From a virus (taxonomy: Duplodnaviria > Caudoviricetes), in IMG/VR virus record IMGVR_UViG_3300020375_000006, positions 1 through 28,266 of that record: a stretch of 28,266 nucleotides of DNA. One strand, written 5' to 3'. Position numbers and translations under genes: made by a program. The notes beneath the pieces were generated by a model. The model did no database searches, was not told the DNA's origin, and saw only the letters and a program-made list of their open reading frames with translations. Below are positions 26,457 to 28,266 of the stretch, one piece after another (position 1 is the first letter of the stretch; every line of letters begins with the position of its first letter).

Positions 26457-27164
26457 TTATTCCTCTGTGTAGGCGTGAACTTCGACGAGTGCGCTTCCTT
26501 CTGCGCAGCGGGCGAAGCCTTCCCATCGGCTATCTGGGCTTAGGAGTAGTTCATTGAGGTCGTAGCTCAGGCGTTTAACTTTCGCTGGGTATGCTCCGAC
26601 GTTTCCTTCGATTGTGTGTAATACGCCATCGGCTGACGATTCAACGATGCCGATATGTCCTTGCCAGGAGCCTGGTGTACCCCTGTCCCAGCAGATGACG
26701 TCTCCGGGTTTTGGATCTTCGACTGTGCTTCCGGTGGCTGCGATATTGCTGAAGAGTTTCTTGGCGCCCCCGCTTCTATCGAACGGCATCTCGATACCGA
26801 GGGCTTTCGCCCCTTCCTCGAAGCAGTATGACACAAAGGCTGCGCACCATGAGCCATCATCGTCGTCATCTCCATCGTCTTCGATGCGGTGGTACTTGGC
26901 GACGAATTGCCCTGAGTTGTTTCCACCTTCTTCACCGTGCCCGATTTCCCTGCGTGCGACATCGAGTGCTGCGGCTGCGAGCGGCCCGATATCGCCATCG
27001 TCTTCAAAGATGGAGTCGATGAGGCTTTGTTGGGTATTGGGTCCGCACTTCCCATCAGGTTCGAGGCTGTGTGTTCCTTGCCAGAACTCAACGAGCCTCG
27101 CGAGCATGATTTGGGTGAAGTTCCCGTTTTGTATTTCTCTTATATTGTATTCTTCTGGACTCAT
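26457..27164 (-). CDS. endolysin: peptidoglycan-binding domain plus CHAP domain
   Basis: WQ..HSLEPDGKCGPNT (PG_binding_1 pattern); WCAAFVSYC, PKPGDVI, GHIGIV and TIEGN (CHAP Cys/His motifs); GGAGG RBS. Confidence 0.92.
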   Translation of the reverse strand: MSPEEYNIREIQNGNFTQIMLARLVEFWQGTHSLEPDGKCGPNTQQSLIDSIFEDDGDIGPLAAAALDVARREIGHGEEGGNNSGQFVAKYHRIEDDGDDDDDGSWCAAFVSYCFEEGAKALGIEMPFDRSGGAKKLFSNIAATGSTVEDPKPGDVICWDRGTPGSWQGHIGIVESSADGVLHTIEGNVGAYPAKVKRLSYDLNELLLSPDSRWEGFARCAEGSALVEVHAYTEE

Positions 27165-27443
27165 TCATCGCTCCTCCACAAACGGGTAACATGGCGTTCC
27201 TGTTTCTTCTTTGCACGCGGGGCCTTCGCTTATCCACGCCACGCACGTTTTATATCTCCCGTCATCGCTCTCACCGACGCCTGCGTTTTTGAGTAGGGTC
27301 TCGCACGAGTCTTGTGGGTCTTTACCTGTGGCGATGCAGCAGTCTGTGCATTTCATGCATTTGTCAGCGATGAATCGGCTTTGCCAATCAAGTGTTGGCG
27401 TACCGCACCCCATAAATAGAACCGTGAGTACTATGTACTTCAT
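27165..27443 (-). CDS. Cys-rich lipoprotein
   Basis: MKYIVLTVLFMG-C signal peptide II-like N-terminus plus 8 further Cys; GAGG RBS. Confidence 0.7.
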   Translation of the reverse strand: MKYIVLTVLFMGCGTPTLDWQSRFIADKCMKCTDCCIATGKDPQDSCETLLKNAGVGESDDGRYKTCVAWISEGPACKEETGTPCYPFVEER

Positions 27444-28266
27444 TCATAAATCCTCTCAACGAACCGTTGGTGCTTTCTCTCGAAGGTGAGGGCAAGGCTT
27501 CCGGTTCTTCCATGTCTGTTCTTTAGAACCCGGAGATGGCAGTCAACGCTGCCAGAGCCGGGAACCCAGGCATCATCCTCATAGTCTATCCGTAAAACCG
27601 CTGATGCGTCATGTTCCACGGTCCTCGATTCCCTCACCAACCCCTGGTCATTGAGTTGGCTCAAGGCCACAACAGGCACATCGCAGTGCCTTGAGACGGA
27701 GAGAAGCCCAGCACTGATAGATGCCACTTCCCGTTCCCGGCTATAGGTGCTCTCGCATCTCAGTAATTGAAGATAGTCAACAACGACGAGGTGAATGGGC
27801 CTTGATGCGGCTGCGGTTCTCACGATGCCTGTGAGTCTTTCGGCTTCGACGTGGACGTTATCCATAATATCAAGGCTTCCAGGCAGGCTTGAGAGTTTGT
27901 GTGAGGCTTGTTGTATAGAATCAATCTGCTCATTGCCGAGTCTTCCAGACCTGATGGCATCAGGCGGGACTCTGGCCTCTGCTGCTATCAATCTTCTAGT
28001 GAGGTCTGAGTGTCCCATTTCGAGGGACACGTAAAGAACGTTACGCCCAGCTTTAGCGGCAGCCACGGCACAGTTGAGAGCCATGACGGACTTACCTCTG
28101 CCGGTTCCTGCTCCTAGTATATATACAGCCCCAGGCTGCCAGCCTCCCAAGATGTAGTCGAGATTCTCGAAGCCTGTGGGGACACCTTCATCGGCGCCGG
28201 GGTTTAGATGGGCCTGTCGGCTTGACTCCATGACAGTGGCTAAGGAGGCGTTGAGGCTTGTGGGGG
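27440..28266 (-). CDS. dnaB: DnaB-like replicative helicase (C-terminal domain; 5' end outside the window)
   Basis: TGF..LD..LGG, GAGTGRGKS, VSLEM, VVVDYLQL, LSQLN, EHDA and KNRHG; frame stays open from 28231 to the window edge. Confidence 0.95.
   Translation of the reverse strand, partial: PTSLNASLATVMESSRQAHLNPGADEGVPTGFENLDYILGGWQPGAVYILGAGTGRGKSVMALNCAVAAAKAGRNVLYVSLEMGHSDLTRRLIAAEARVPPDAIRSGRLGNEQIDSIQQASHKLSSLPGSLDIMDNVHVEAERLTGIVRTAAASRPIHLVVVDYLQLLRCESTYSREREVASISAGLLSVSRHCDVPVVALSQLNDQGLVRESRTVEHDASAVLRIDYEDDAWVPGSGSVDCHLRVLKNRHGRTGSLALTFERKHQRFVERIYE

Noticed and set aside
1-28266. Stop-codon reassignment
   Set aside because: Code-11 ORFs tile the window fully, and TAA, TAG and TGA all end genes at tight junctions.
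1-28266. tRNA, integrase/att site, reverse transcriptase/DGR, intron or intein
   Set aside because: None recognised; intergenic space is minimal and terminase and helicase motifs are normally spaced. A computational scan would be needed to exclude them fully.

Overview
A fragment of a tailed dsDNA phage (or prophage) genome, densely coding in the standard genetic code, with two convergent arms. The + strand arm (1-4718) carries a near-consensus sigma70 promoter, several small early genes, a YqaJ-exonuclease/ERF/SSB/RuvC recombination module and a TGT-fold (DpdA-like) putative base-exchange enzyme. The - strand arm (28266 down to 4674) runs: DnaB-like helicase (partial), Cys-rich lipoprotein, CHAP endolysin, a sigma-like protein, holin-like genes, terminase, scaffold, major capsid, portal, adaptor, nozzle, tail/appendage proteins, three probable ejection proteins and decoration-like proteins. 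No tape measure, tail tube or sheath is recognisable, so podovirus-like morphology is inferred. Best leads: the stand-alone TGT/DpdA-like gene, three tandem small genes sharing an RMF-like motif, a Zn-finger plus sigma-like protein inside a dispersed lysis region, the portal placed after the capsid gene, and structured elements flanking scaffold-capsid. Two small membrane-protein genes missing from the ORF track were found by hand. All functional calls come from motif recognition by eye; no searches were run.
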